Assembly (NCBI GenBank): GCA_964187785.1
Contig: OZ076409.1
Coordinates: 84,074,001-84,138,000 of the forward strand
DNA from: Amphiscolops sp. MND2022
Lineage: Eukaryota
Length of the DNA stretch: 64,000 nucleotides
Direction of reading: 5' to 3'
Of the stretch, positions 24,101 to 34,468 are shown piece by piece (position 1 is the stretch's first letter; the number at the start of each line of letters is the position of its first letter). The position numbers were made by a program, and so were the translations under genes. A model generated the notes under the pieces. It was not told the origin of the DNA. It saw nothing but the letters and a program-made list of their open reading frames with translations, and did not search any database.

Positions 24101-25646
24101 GAATATGTTGATGAGTAAACTCCAATTTTTTCGTCTTGATGAAACAATCATCTTGGTTTTTATCAAATCCATTTGTTTGCTGTTGTGATGATGACTTTTG
24201 TCTCAAAATGGATTCAAAATCAAAAGTAACAAAAGACTTGTAGAATCTATGCTCATGCGGAACACAGACATCAAACACGGTCTCTAGCGTCGTGAAAAAA
24301 GTGTCAGTGGGCGTGTATTTCCCACCTGGATAGGAATGATCTGACTTTTCCGAGCATGACTTTAGATGGCGATTCAATTCAAACAGTCGTGAAAAGTACT
24401 GTTCACACTTGATGCACTTGAATCGTCGAAAAAATACATTTAAATTTCGGATTAGACAAGTGTGATTATCGACTAGAAGCAGATCAACAAAATTGGATTG
24501 CATATCCATTTCCAATGTTTTACTTCGGTATAACAATTCACCTTGTACTACATTATTTACATCAAGCTCAGCTGAAAACACTCGGATGGCGCAAGAACAA
24601 AACTTTTCAACGTCTGGCAGGTCCGTCAGCTCGATACCGGCAAAATCTTGAACGTTCTTTTGCACTCCGCGAATGTACTTTTGAAAAAGTTCCATTGTTT
24701 TAGATTCCAATCCATGCATAGAATTTTGTTGAAAGGCAGCCAAGGCACGAAATACGCAAAGATTATCTTTAAGCCTTCTTTTTGTAGATTTGTTGTAGGT
24801 AAGCGTCCAAACACTCCTTGCGGATTTGATGAAATCCGGAATATCTATTACATCTTGATCGGTGCTGCCCATTGGCAGGCGTGACAAGTGTGTGGCATGT
24901 AGAGAGACGTTGGTTAAACAGAAGAAAGTCCATTTTGTGCTGTCGCGAAAGTTTGTAAATTTTTCAATGAAGTCAGTGCTGAAAATGTCTTGTTTTAACA
25001 GTTTGAAGTGTTCAAAGTTTTCTACTAGCTTTGGTTTGGGTAAGACCGTTGTATTGTCACTTGAGTAGTAGTACCGATATTCGCCAGTTTCGTTGTTTGA
25101 GAGAATGTATCCAAAACTGACATTCATTTTGGATACCCTAGTTATTTTTGCAAAAGCTTCATCGAGTACATTACAAATATTATCAATCCCTTCATCCTTC
25201 AAAAGAAAATTGACAGTTGTTTGGTGGGGTAGCAAAACAATTTGATCCCCCATAATGTGTCTCTTTCTACGAACAAGTTCTTTCAGTGATTCATCATCGC
25301 CAAATTGGGCATCGTTCAGTTGAGAATTTGGTGATTTTAACATTTCATGGTCGTTATGTGTATGCTGTTGCAACTTGAGCATTGTTGCAAAGGTTGAATC
25401 ACAGTAGCCGCATTTGAAGTTTTTCTTTTTCACATGCTTCAGAGATTTATGAGTGTTGAGGTCTTGGCTACTTTTTGCAATGTATTTGCACTGTCCGCAG
25501 TGTAAATCATCCTTGTCGTGGGTCTTTTCATGTCGGTTTCGGTTGTATTTGCGCGAAAACTCTTTTCCACATTTACTACAAACAAAAGTTACAAGGGATT
25601 GCTGAGAAGTTGAAGGAGTTGCTGTTGCGCCGTCAGACGACTGCAT
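21169..25646 (-). pseudogene. protein-primed family B DNA polymerase (pPolB), disrupted; N-terminal C2H2 fingers, OTU-like region and Vsr-like insertion
   Basis: ExoI FVTFDFES, ExoII QLPIVGFNSGFYDLNLIK (after a 1-nt frameshift at ~23758), PolA GYDANALY, PolB KLIGNSAYG, PolC EMDTDSFY, C-terminal YFYYKRFVHADG. Contains a 78-nt intron at 22656-22579 and an in-frame TAA at 21408-21406. Confidence 0.93.
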
Positions 25647-26375
25647 CGTGATGAATAGAGAGCAGCAGCAGCAGCAGCAGCACTTGCCGTCGTTCTTTCG
25701 GGAGAAATTCAATCTAAACAAGTGTCTGTTTGTTACTACAAATTCAAATAATTTTCAAAGTTTTCTGGTAACTCCTGAATTTGCTGTGGCTAAACATCAG
25801 ACAAACAAGTTTTGTAACAAAAATAAGCAGTGCAAATATCACATCATGCTTTATGGTTTTGACAATATACAAAACAAGTTGATGCATCTGAATTATGATT
25901 TTGAAAATGTAAATTGTCCCTACAGTTATTTCAAATTCTTCATTATTCTTTCGGAAAAAGTTGTTTGTATTCATGGAAACTTCCTCATGGAACCTTTGTT
26001 ATTAGCTACCAAACACAATCGTATAAATCGAAGCAAAGAATGTGTCACGAGTCTACTTTGGAGACGGATTGGTCGGAAAAAAAGGAGACGACACTCACCA
26101 GCAACAACCAACAGAGGGCCACAACACACTATAGCGTCGCTGATGAATATTGTTCAAATGCAGATTGTTGTCGCGACTCGTCTATTGGAAATTTTGCAAC
26201 AACATTCTTCATCTGAAATTTCCACAACCACCACAAATGACATCAGCACAATAACCGAGTAATTTTCCTTTGCAAGCCTACCTTGCCAATTCAAATCATT
26301 ACCTTTGTTCACTACCTACAGTTCAGTTGTTATTTGCTGATTCAAAAAATTTTGACAAAATAAAAAATATTCATC

Positions 26376-27011
26376 ATGTCATCAACTGCTGTCATCAACC
26401 CTGTTGATTGTAAAGTGTTGAAATGTTTTAAAGTTGAAGTTAGTACAAAACGTTACCTTTTAATTACAGTTAAAAGCTATCCGTCTTCTTCAGAAAGCTA
26501 TACAAGTATTCAACTTTTCAAGTTGGATGAAGAGACCAAGGAATACACACCACAAAAGTATTTGACTCTCAAATTTCAAGAATTAAACAAAATTCCTTGG
26601 GACGACGTTTACACCAACGTTGTCAATGTCTTCGACTTTTCACTAGACGTTCGCATGCCCTACCACAAGAATGATATGGACTATTTTGACTTCATCTTTG
26701 ATGTTCAAGACTTTATCTCAAACAAATCAAGAGTCGTCAGAGTAGCTTCCAAGCGTTATCCTCAAGCAACCTACTTGTACTTAAAACTCTTTATTCAACA
26801 TCAAAAGCGCTGGAAAATGCAACAAACAATAGACATTTCTTGGATGGAGCTATCTCATTTATTGAGTGTTGTCAAAGAGATTCAGAGCTACCCAAATGGA
26901 ATACCTAAAGAAGGAAGTCCAATCACAGAGACTGGTTTATTTCGTCCAATCGCAACATTGACTAACCCAGAAATCAGCAGCAGCAGCAGCGTCAGTAGCA
27001 ATAACCATTAA
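26376..27011 (+). CDS. Polinton protein with two putative PC4-like ssDNA-binding repeats (211 aa)
   Basis: Two similar beta-rich blocks (KRYLLITVKSY..YTSIQLFK..KYLTLKFQELNKI and SRVVRVASKRY..YLYLKLFI..QTIDISWMELSHL) fit the PC4 pattern. The fold is inferred by eye. Confidence 0.5.
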   Translation: MSSTAVINPVDCKVLKCFKVEVSTKRYLLITVKSYPSSSESYTSIQLFKLDEETKEYTPQKYLTLKFQELNKIPWDDVYTNVVNVFDFSLDVRMPYHKNDMDYFDFIFDVQDFISNKSRVVRVASKRYPQATYLYLKLFIQHQKRWKMQQTIDISWMELSHLLSVVKEIQSYPNGIPKEGSPITETGLFRPIATLTNPEISSSSSVSSNNH

Positions 27012-27071
27012 CAAATTTTTTGAGTGCTTCATTACCTCTCTTACTCTTACAGAATTTAGTTGCTTGCTTGC

Positions 27072-27686
27072 ATGATGGCTGATTTCAACTACATTATTAC
27101 GTTTGTTTTGGATGTGGAGTTTTTAGAAGTTGACGTAGTTAAAGAAATTAGTGTAACCACACCGTACCACTCCGTATCTTTATCATTCAAACCTCCCAGA
27201 CCATGGAAAGATCTAACCCGTGAAGAACAACTGGAATACAACAACAATAACAACACTCTCAATGTTCCGTGGGATGAAGGCGCTATTGACTATAAGGAAC
27301 TGAGGAACGCTGTATACACCCTCATTCCACCAGGAGTCATGAAGTATGCAAAAGGAGTGCAAAAGTGTGACTTTTTCTCTCGTTTTTTCCATTTCAAAAT
27401 TCACAATTTGGAAGACATGGGCTGCCCTGACGCCTCTGCAATCCAATATTTGACAAATAAGAACATTAAGGAGAACAACGACAACGACGACGACGACGAC
27501 AAAGAGAACAGGCCGTTGTGTCCCAATTTTCCCAAATATCCCAATCATTATGAAAAATGTGCAGCCATCAATAGTAAGCTTTATCTCAAGTGGTTAGCCA
27601 ATAAAATTAAAGAAGATCCTGCTGCTGCGGAAATGGCGCGAAAGACTTCCCCGCTGCGCAACGATGCAGCACTCGTACTTATGTAA
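27072..27686 (+). CDS. conserved Polinton protein, DEDD-exonuclease-like
   Basis: N-terminal LDVEF..VVKEI, YAKG..KC, NLEDMGCP and C-x-H-x-CA..N motifs, as I recall from a common Polinton accessory family. Confidence 0.55.
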   Translation: MMADFNYIITFVLDVEFLEVDVVKEISVTTPYHSVSLSFKPPRPWKDLTREEQLEYNNNNNTLNVPWDEGAIDYKELRNAVYTLIPPGVMKYAKGVQKCDFFSRFFHFKIHNLEDMGCPDASAIQYLTNKNIKENNDNDDDDDKENRPLCPNFPKYPNHYEKCAAINSKLYLKWLANKIKEDPAAAEMARKTSPLRNDAALVLM

Positions 27687-27715
27687 TTATCATCATCATT
27701 TGTTAAATTTGCAGC

Positions 27716-27979
27716 ATGACTGATCAGCCGGACCTTGCAGTGCAAGAATTCGTTTTTGATGAGAATAACCAAGAACGCAAGCCTTGGACACTTTGCGGCA
27801 AGCCTATTCCACGGTCCGAAATTGTCTTTTTCAGTCAATTACTTGTCATTCTTATGGTTATCTCATTTTGTATTTTCAAACTTTCTGTATCATCTTCAAA
27901 CGATAAAGACAAGCCGGTTTGGATTGCCTTGCTGGCCAGTGCACTGGGATCTATTCTACCCAATCCGACACTGAAATGA
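27716..27979 (+). CDS. small two-transmembrane Polinton protein (87 aa)
   Basis: PRSEIVFFSQ followed by a hydrophobic helix, then a second hydrophobic helix WIALLASALGSILPNP. The stop overlaps the ATPase ATG (ATGA). Confidence 0.7.
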   Translation: MTDQPDLAVQEFVFDENNQERKPWTLCGKPIPRSEIVFFSQLLVILMVISFCIFKLSVSSSNDKDKPVWIALLASALGSILPNPTLK

Positions 27980-28710
27980 ACAAGGTCATTCCCACTGACA
28001 ACCATGTGTTTATGTCTCTTGTTGGTCCATCCGGCTCTGGAAAGACTACTCTTTTGTATAAACTTTTAACCTTGCCAGTGTTTCAACCAAGGTACCAATC
28101 TGTAATTTTTTTCTATCAACATTATCAAGAAGCGTACGAAAAATTGAAGCGAGATGTTGAAGAAATTGAATTCATACAAGGACTAGACTTTGATTTGATC
28201 AATCAATCATTTACACATGACGGAAAAAAACGCTTGCTAATTTTTGATGACTTTTCAGAGGAACTTTTAAAATCTAAAGATTTCACTCGGATTGCTACCG
28301 CTGGTAGACACTTGGGCTTGCATGTTTTGTATATTAAGCATAATTTATTTCATAAATCACCCATTGGAAGAGACGTAGAGTTGCAGTTGACTCATATTGT
28401 GCTTTTTCAATCTCCCCGTGACATTAATCAAATTGAACGACTTGGGCAACAGTTGGGCAAGCAAAAATTTTTACCTCTATGCTATAAGGATGCCACATCC
28501 AAACCTTTTGGATTTCTCATGATTGATCTGTCACCCAAAACATTGGATCTTTTACGATTTTGTACAAATTTGGAGCCAACAGTTTTCTATATACCCAGTG
28601 AAAAGGCCCGCATTACAGAGATTGACGATGACTACACAACAAGTTATTACGCTGCAGCATTTCAAGAGTCTTTCACTGGCCGACCGGTTGGACATGTTGA
28701 AAAGATGTGA
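27976..28710 (+). CDS. A32/FtsK-HerA family genome packaging ATPase
   Basis: Walker A GPSGSGKT, Walker B LLIFDD, and the A32-type TAGRH motif. Confidence 0.93.
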   Translation: MNKVIPTDNHVFMSLVGPSGSGKTTLLYKLLTLPVFQPRYQSVIFFYQHYQEAYEKLKRDVEEIEFIQGLDFDLINQSFTHDGKKRLLIFDDFSEELLKSKDFTRIATAGRHLGLHVLYIKHNLFHKSPIGRDVELQLTHIVLFQSPRDINQIERLGQQLGKQKFLPLCYKDATSKPFGFLMIDLSPKTLDLLRFCTNLEPTVFYIPSEKARITEIDDDYTTSYYAAAFQESFTGRPVGHVEKM

Positions 28711-28933
28711 GGACAATTTCATTGAGTTTCTGGCCGAATCAGTTGTAAACATTTTGCAAGGTGTAGTGCCCGGAATCAGGCGGAAAGACATTGAAAAGTT
28801 CAAGCCACAAATTGTGCGAATCATTTCGACCAAAGCAACTCTTGCGGAACAGCGGGCCATATTCACTTCCCGAAAGGGGCTCTTGTTGCTAGATGTTATT
28901 ATCGAGCATGTTATTCAATACTTTTTAAGTTAG
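28628..28933 (+). CDS. conserved small Polinton ORF overlapping the ATPase end
   Basis: FLAESVVNILQGVVP and KGLLLLD resemble the E..N.L.G.VP...GG.L family found next to Polinton ATPases (recalled, not searched). Confidence 0.55.
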   Translation: MTTQQVITLQHFKSLSLADRLDMLKRCEDNFIEFLAESVVNILQGVVPGIRRKDIEKFKPQIVRIISTKATLAEQRAIFTSRKGLLLLDVIIEHVIQYFLS

Positions 28934-28938
28934 TAGTA

Positions 28939-29661
28939 ATGGAATTGAAAAAATTTGTATTGATACCTTTTTCACAGTACAAGAGTCAATTGGCATCGAG
29001 TAGGCCTGTCAGCACAGTATTGTACGATTCAAAATTGACCAATGAGGAAAAGACTAAAATTTTGCCTACATTGGACAGAAAAAAAAGGAGAGCTGCTGCT
29101 GTTGTAAGCACGCCCACCACCACGGTCACTGCTAGCACCGTACCTGCAAGTAGTAGTAGTAGTAGTAGTAGTAGTACAACAAAGACTATTGATCGTCAAA
29201 AGGAGGCAATTTTGTTGGATGTGGGTGGAAACGAAACTACTCAAAGACGTAGCGCTTCGTTGTACGACAAAATTTTGTCAAACCCAAAAATAGAATTGAC
29301 AAGTGAAGGTACAATTAAGCTGGAAAATTCCGACACAGACATTCCTCTCAGCACATTTTTATATAGATTACAGAACCCTTTTCCAAAAAGTAGTCCAGTA
29401 ACACGACAGTTTTTGGACATTGTTGAAAATGTGAAAATCCCCGAACACTTGATTGCAAATCAGTCTCTGTTGAAACATCAAAGAAGTAGACAAAATAAAG
29501 CTCCTCCTCTCGTCGGCTCGGACGACGACGCCGACGATGACGAAGAGGACTTTGAAAGCGTCGACGAAGGTGCAGGTAGCAGCAGCAGCAGGGCAACAAG
29601 CGGCAAAGAAAAGAAAGGAAAAGAATGGTATTCAGTCAAGGGCGAAAAGAAACAATTTTGA
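28939..29661 (+). CDS. Polinton hypothetical protein (240 aa) with KKFVLIP N-terminus, poly-Ser and acidic tail
   Basis: ATG-started ORF between the ATPase cluster and the integrase. The (AGT)n run encodes poly-Ser. Confidence 0.65.
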   Translation: MELKKFVLIPFSQYKSQLASSRPVSTVLYDSKLTNEEKTKILPTLDRKKRRAAAVVSTPTTTVTASTVPASSSSSSSSSTTKTIDRQKEAILLDVGGNETTQRRSASLYDKILSNPKIELTSEGTIKLENSDTDIPLSTFLYRLQNPFPKSSPVTRQFLDIVENVKIPEHLIANQSLLKHQRSRQNKAPPLVGSDDDADDDEEDFESVDEGAGSSSSRATSGKEKKGKEWYSVKGEKKQF

Positions 29662-30589
29662 AAAAGACAGAGAAAAAAGATTGTTGGAGAAAGCTTGGAA
29701 GAGTGGTTTCTCAGCATATGGATCGCGTCAGAATTTGCAAAAAGCTACAAAATTGTCCGTGAAAAAAGTTGATGCCTTTTTGCAAGGTAAAAACTCCTAC
29801 ACAAAATTTTTCATTCCCCAGCGTAGATCCTATCCCCGATTGACGACACTTGCTTTCGACATTAACGACATTTGGTGCATGGACGTTGCTTACGTCGATA
29901 AAATTGCCATGCCAAATGATGGTGTAAAATTTTTACTAGTCTGTGTAGATGTCTTGTCACGCTACTTGAGAGTGGAACCACTGAAGCGACTGACATCTGT
30001 TGCTGTGAAAGATGGTCTAGTTGCCATGTTAAATAAATGCCCGACAGTACATCCCAACAAAATTTGGACTGATCAAGGTCGAGAGTTTGAGGGAGAATTT
30101 CGCAAGTTTTGCAAAACTGTAGGAATACACCAATATAATTCGTTCAGCGGTACAAAAGCAGCGTTTGCTGAGCGAGCCATTAGAGCCTTGAAGGCCCAAA
30201 TTGTTCGGTATCTCGAAGAGGAGTGGATGTGGCGCTATATTGACAAGTTGCCAGACTTTGTAAAAACTCTCAACGACCGTGTGAATCGATCAATTGGTAT
30301 GGCACCGTCAAAAGTTGAGAAAAAACATGTGCTCAAACTTATCGCACTCAAACAAAGGTCTGCAGTGATGAAAGAAAAAAAGGCCAAGTACAAGGTGGGC
30401 GACTTTGTACGCATTGCTTCAAAGAATGTGCCCTTTAGAAAAGGATATCTGCAACAGTTTACAAATGAAATTTTTTCCATTTCCACAGTATTCTCCACTC
30501 ATCCACCGTCTTACATTTTGCGCGATGAAAAAGGCCAAGAAATTCAGGGCAAATTTTACGAAGCTGAGATTATTAAAGTACTTAAGTGA
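29537..30589 (+). CDS. retroviral-type (c-int) DDE integrase
   Basis: WCMDVAY, VDVLSRY, IWTDQGREF, AFAERAIRALK, C-terminal YKVGDFVRI and GKFYEAE; no chromodomain is visible. The start is uncertain: ATG 29537, or ATG 29625 if the A-run at ~29673 has lost a base. Confidence 0.93.
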   Translation: MTKRTLKASTKVQVAAAAGQQAAKKRKEKNGIQSRAKRNNFEKDREKRLLEKAWKSGFSAYGSRQNLQKATKLSVKKVDAFLQGKNSYTKFFIPQRRSYPRLTTLAFDINDIWCMDVAYVDKIAMPNDGVKFLLVCVDVLSRYLRVEPLKRLTSVAVKDGLVAMLNKCPTVHPNKIWTDQGREFEGEFRKFCKTVGIHQYNSFSGTKAAFAERAIRALKAQIVRYLEEEWMWRYIDKLPDFVKTLNDRVNRSIGMAPSKVEKKHVLKLIALKQRSAVMKEKKAKYKVGDFVRIASKNVPFRKGYLQQFTNEIFSISTVFSTHPPSYILRDEKGQEIQGKFYEAEIIKVLK

Positions 30590-30631
30590 AAAGAATACAT
30601 TTCACAAATCATTTTTTAGCTCTAATCGACA

Positions 30632-31096
30632 ATGAGTGGTTCATTCCACAAACAAAACCCATTAAACAATTATTACCGTGGTCCCGTTAGACAAAGAGGA
30701 AGTGGCATTGGTTCTTTAGCCCTCAAAGTTGCACGTCATGCACTACCACTTTTGTCCAAATACGTGTTGCCTTCTGCCAAAAGAGTGGGAAAAGACTTTG
30801 CTTTGAATTTGTTGCCCGAAGTATTTGATGTTGTCACTGGTCGTGGTGGTGAACCAGCAACAACTTCAAGCATTAAAAAGGCAGTGAAGCGTGCAGCCGG
30901 CAAAACAGTAAAGAAACAATTGGGCACTGGTGGTGCAGCAAAAAAGAAAAGACGACGACAGTCAGTTGGAAAGAGTTCCGAGACCAAAAACAGTCGCACT
31001 GCAAAAAAGGGTCGCAAAAAATAATCGGGAGGCAAAACAACAACAAAAAAGACTCAAAAACGCAAAAAGATTGACATTTTCCAAAACTTGCCTTGA
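30632..31096 (+). pseudogene. basic core/pVII-like protein with a premature stop
   Basis: YRGPVRQRGSGIGS and QLGTG motifs with a K/R-rich C-terminus. TAA at 31022-31024 is followed in frame by SGGKTTTKKTQKRKKIDIFQNLP*, which has the typical K-rich DIF ending. Confidence 0.7.
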
Positions 31097-31131
31097 CGGT
31101 CAATAACATTCGTAATATTATTCTCAAAACA

Positions 31132-32430
31132 ATGACGACGACGGCGGCGCACATAATACCTAAACCGGCAACCCACTCTAGTCTGGACATTTTTTCGAAA
31201 CCAGAAGTGCTTGTGTCTTTTGACAACTCTTTTGAACAAGAAACGTTGCCAGTCACTGCACACGATGCACCAGTTTTTGAGTTTGTACTCACCACTGATC
31301 GAAACATTTACTTGGATTTGCAAAGCGTCGAATTAAAGTTGGAGGCAAAAATTGGAAAGGGCGCCAATGGCAATACTAATTTGGAGACGGAGTTGGCTGG
31401 AGGCAACACTGTAGCTAAAGCAACCGACAAAGTCAGCTTCATCAACAACACTCTACACTCCTTCTTTTCCAATTGTGACATTTTAATCAACAATGAAATT
31501 GTACACACGTCCAACAATTTGTATGCACAGAGAGCTTTTGTTGAAACTGAACTGTCCCACACACAGGGCTGTGCCACAACAAAGCTCATTACGCAAGGCT
31601 ACAACTTTGAGCCCGCCACCGGTGATATGCTTGCCCACCGAGAAACATGGACCTTAGGTTCCGCTTCAAAGACATTTTGTGGAAAACTGGCGGTGGATTT
31701 CCTGGCTTGTGATCAACTTCTCATTCCCAATTGTTCTATGCGAATTCGACTGACACGTAACAAGCCCGAATACTTGCTGCAAAGTGCTGTCACCAACCCT
31801 GCCTTCACCCCAAAAATTGAACGAGTGTCAATTTTTGCTCGTTACTACACTGTTGCCGAAAACTATCACGTCAATTTACAACGATCTCTACTCAAGTGGC
31901 CTGCTAGATACAACTATTTTGAAGTACGCAGCAAGACATTTGTGATTCCAAGGGACCAAAGTCATTTTATTCGTGAAGACATTTTCAATGCAGAACCCAT
32001 TAGACGCATGGTACTGGCCATGTGTCCCAACAATCAGTTTACTGGACGTTGGACAGACACTCCGCTCGCATTCCACAAACACAATTTGAAGAAAGTGCGA
32101 GTATTGCGGAATGGTGTACCAGTGGTGGAATATAGCACAAGTTCCAACACTCAACTTTACTTTAAGACTATTCAAAACCTCCATTTCGATCAAGACGGTC
32201 CCCTAATCAAGTTGGACAATTATGAAAATCACTACTATCTAGTTTTCGACCTTACCTCCACACTACAGTGCAATCAAGAAATTTACTACCCCGAAATTGT
32301 GGGAGCACCAATACGAATCGAGCTCGAATTTTCGACCAACACTAGCACGCCTTTGGAGCTGTTTGTGCTGGGAGAACGATTTACAACAGTTCAAATTGAT
32401 CATACAGGAAAAGTGTTGAAACATGGATAG
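31132..32430 (+). CDS. major capsid protein (double jelly-roll, Polinton PY/hexon-like), intact
   Basis: SSLDIFSKP N-terminus, YLDL, INNTLHSFFS, LLIPN..MRIRLTR, VFDLT, IRIELEFS motifs; ~432 aa. Confidence 0.9.
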   Translation: MTTTAAHIIPKPATHSSLDIFSKPEVLVSFDNSFEQETLPVTAHDAPVFEFVLTTDRNIYLDLQSVELKLEAKIGKGANGNTNLETELAGGNTVAKATDKVSFINNTLHSFFSNCDILINNEIVHTSNNLYAQRAFVETELSHTQGCATTKLITQGYNFEPATGDMLAHRETWTLGSASKTFCGKLAVDFLACDQLLIPNCSMRIRLTRNKPEYLLQSAVTNPAFTPKIERVSIFARYYTVAENYHVNLQRSLLKWPARYNYFEVRSKTFVIPRDQSHFIREDIFNAEPIRRMVLAMCPNNQFTGRWTDTPLAFHKHNLKKVRVLRNGVPVVEYSTSSNTQLYFKTIQNLHFDQDGPLIKLDNYENHYYLVFDLTSTLQCNQEIYYPEIVGAPIRIELEFSTNTSTPLELFVLGERFTTVQIDHTGKVLKHG

Positions 32431-32848
32431 TGCAGCCTTGCTACAAGTTATTTCCAAAATTCCCGCACTAAAATAACGATACTTGGGTTGCTTCGACCCC
32501 AATACTTTCATTTTCCCAATGCCAATAGACACTTTTCAAATTGTAAACACCACTACAGACGTTGAGGGACATTGGATAACGTTGATCCGCTTATCCAACG
32601 GTTTTCACTATTTTGGAGATTCCCTGAAAGCAACAAGTTTGAATCAGTACCCAATGTTGTTTACGCGACTGCCAGAACCGAAGACATCAACAAAAACAAC
32701 ATTATTTCTACCTTTGAACACTTCAATAAAGCAGGTCGATTCCTTGTGTGGTCTCTATTGTATTTATTTTGCATGGAACTCGTTTGATAATACACCTAAA
32801 GTGACGAATGATTTTGAATTGTATCAATTGTTTTGTAATCTTTTATAG
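32423..32848 (+). pseudogene. adenain-type cysteine maturation protease with a premature stop
   Basis: ATG 32423 MDSAALLQVISKIPALK, then TAA 32474-32476, then in frame YLGCF...IVNT..EGHWI..YFGDSL..QVDSLCGLYCIYF (His-Asp-Cys triad). Confidence 0.85.
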
Positions 32849-32879
32849 AAAAAAAATGTTTGTAAAGAAAGTTTTTTTT

Positions 32880-33779
32880 TCAATCAGTAATTGCAGGCAC
32901 ATGTTTTTTGCGAAAATGTAAATTTAAAGCTACAAGACCCAAACTGGTAAAGGGAATTAATTTTCCCTTCATATCTCGAATCTCAATCTGTATACTATTG
33001 AAATTATCCAAACAAACATTTCGATACTGCAAATTGGAAAAGGATCGGTTGTCGTAAGGGTATATGACAATCAAATCCTCATTTTTCGTTCGTTGACGAA
33101 ATGTGAATGCACGTAAAAGTTGGTTCTTCACATTGCCCACGTTACTAAAGTCTACAATATCACTGTATACAAAAATTGTGTGAAAACGTGCGATATCACA
33201 AGGGTAGGGAGCAATGATTTGGTTGGCTTCACAGTACACAGCATCCGTTCCCAATCCCAAAATTTGAGCCAAGTCATCACTTTGAATTTTGAAGTATACA
33301 CGGCTCTGTCCTTCTGTAGTTCCTTCAAACGTGAATGAAAGGTTCAAAGTTTCCTCGTTGTAAGCAAAGGTCATTGTCCTCTCCATGTTTGTAAAAGTAG
33401 CAATTTGAGAATTCATTGCGTCAATAATTTGACCAATTTCTGTGTAACAACCCTTTGGAATGTTAAAAGAACGATATTGATTCAAAAAGGGCACATCTGG
33501 ATAACTATTTATAAGTTCCTTGCTGACAGTATCAGGTTTGTTTACAACAACACGATATCGTTGAAGAGTCGGTGTAGGAATATAGCCTAGCGTGAATTCA
33601 CCGTCGGTGACATTGTATACTCGGTTTGGGAACGAAATGTCGGTCAGTGCAACTTCCCATTCACTACCTCTGCCCAAATTGATTGGATTTGACATAAAGT
33701 TTGAAAAAAATGCCAGAGTATTATTTGGATAAATGTCCAAACTTGCATTAGACAATAGATCAATGTAAAAGGAAGTCAT
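32880..33779 (-). CDS. minor capsid protein (penton, Polinton PX), intact
   Basis: FYIDLLSNASLDIYPNNT, EWEVALTDISFP, FVYSDIV..VG...QLLR and IEIRD..G.LIPF..LHFR motifs. Confidence 0.9.
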   Translation of the reverse strand: MTSFYIDLLSNASLDIYPNNTLAFFSNFMSNPINLGRGSEWEVALTDISFPNRVYNVTDGEFTLGYIPTPTLQRYRVVVNKPDTVSKELINSYPDVPFLNQYRSFNIPKGCYTEIGQIIDAMNSQIATFTNMERTMTFAYNEETLNLSFTFEGTTEGQSRVYFKIQSDDLAQILGLGTDAVYCEANQIIAPYPCDIARFHTIFVYSDIVDFSNVGNVKNQLLRAFTFRQRTKNEDLIVIYPYDNRSFSNLQYRNVCLDNFNSIQIEIRDMKGKLIPFTSLGLVALNLHFRKKHVPAITD

Positions 33780-33838
33780 TGTTTTAGGGAACTGTATAGG
33801 AAACACAGAATTTGATTGACTGAGAGTCAATCACTCAT

Positions 33839-34468
33839 TCAATCATCTTCACTGCTGCTGCTGGAGCCAATCATCAGCTTTACCCTCTTTAGTTTTTTCT
33901 TTTTCGGTTGGCGAGAACATTTTTCGTCGTCGACATCCGCCGAAGTTTCTGCGTTGCTATCTGTATTATCGGATATCGACCAATAAGATCGTAAGGATTC
34001 TTCGTATTCTTGTGTTCCCAATTGATTCTCCCTAATGGGCACTAGTGTGTTTTCCAAACGATTGAACTCTCTTCTCAATTCCAGACTCAAACAACCTGGA
34101 TGTGTGCATTCCATTTCTTTCCAGTCATACGTTTCCAACAACATCAAATCAACAGAGTATTGACGGGGCAGTTGCGGCGGACTAGGAGCTGTCAAGTCAA
34201 AAACACTTTGGTCGTCAGTGTCACTTTCTCCTTGCTCGTCGTCGTCGTCGTCGTTCGATCTGAGCATTTTTTTTGCCGTATCAACTGTAACTTGAGCACT
34301 AATTAAGTGCAATAAATGAACCGGTAGGAGAAAAGACTCAACAATTTTCCATTCATCATTTGTTGCTGAGTTTTTCACTTCCTTTATTAGGATTGCCGAC
34401 GCTCCGAAATGTGTCTTGTAGGCAAATATACGTTCGACGTCATTACGTTGTGTGAATATGTAAATCAT
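33839..34468 (-). CDS. Polinton hypothetical protein (~209 aa) with acidic patches and an NLS-like PKKKKLKR
   Basis: Open frame directly upstream of the penton gene on the same strand. Confidence 0.55.
   Translation of the reverse strand: MIYIFTQRNDVERIFAYKTHFGASAILIKEVKNSATNDEWKIVESFLLPVHLLHLISAQVTVDTAKKMLRSNDDDDDEQGESDTDDQSVFDLTAPSPPQLPRQYSVDLMLLETYDWKEMECTHPGCLSLELRREFNRLENTLVPIRENQLGTQEYEESLRSYWSISDNTDSNAETSADVDDEKCSRQPKKKKLKRVKLMIGSSSSSEDD

Noticed and set aside
25648..26262. 204-aa plus-strand ORF with poly-Gln, divergent from pPolB
   Set aside because: It starts within the likely pPolB promoter/UTR, the poly-Q comes from a CAG microsatellite and no motif is recognisable. It may hide a smaller gene, but I cannot support one.
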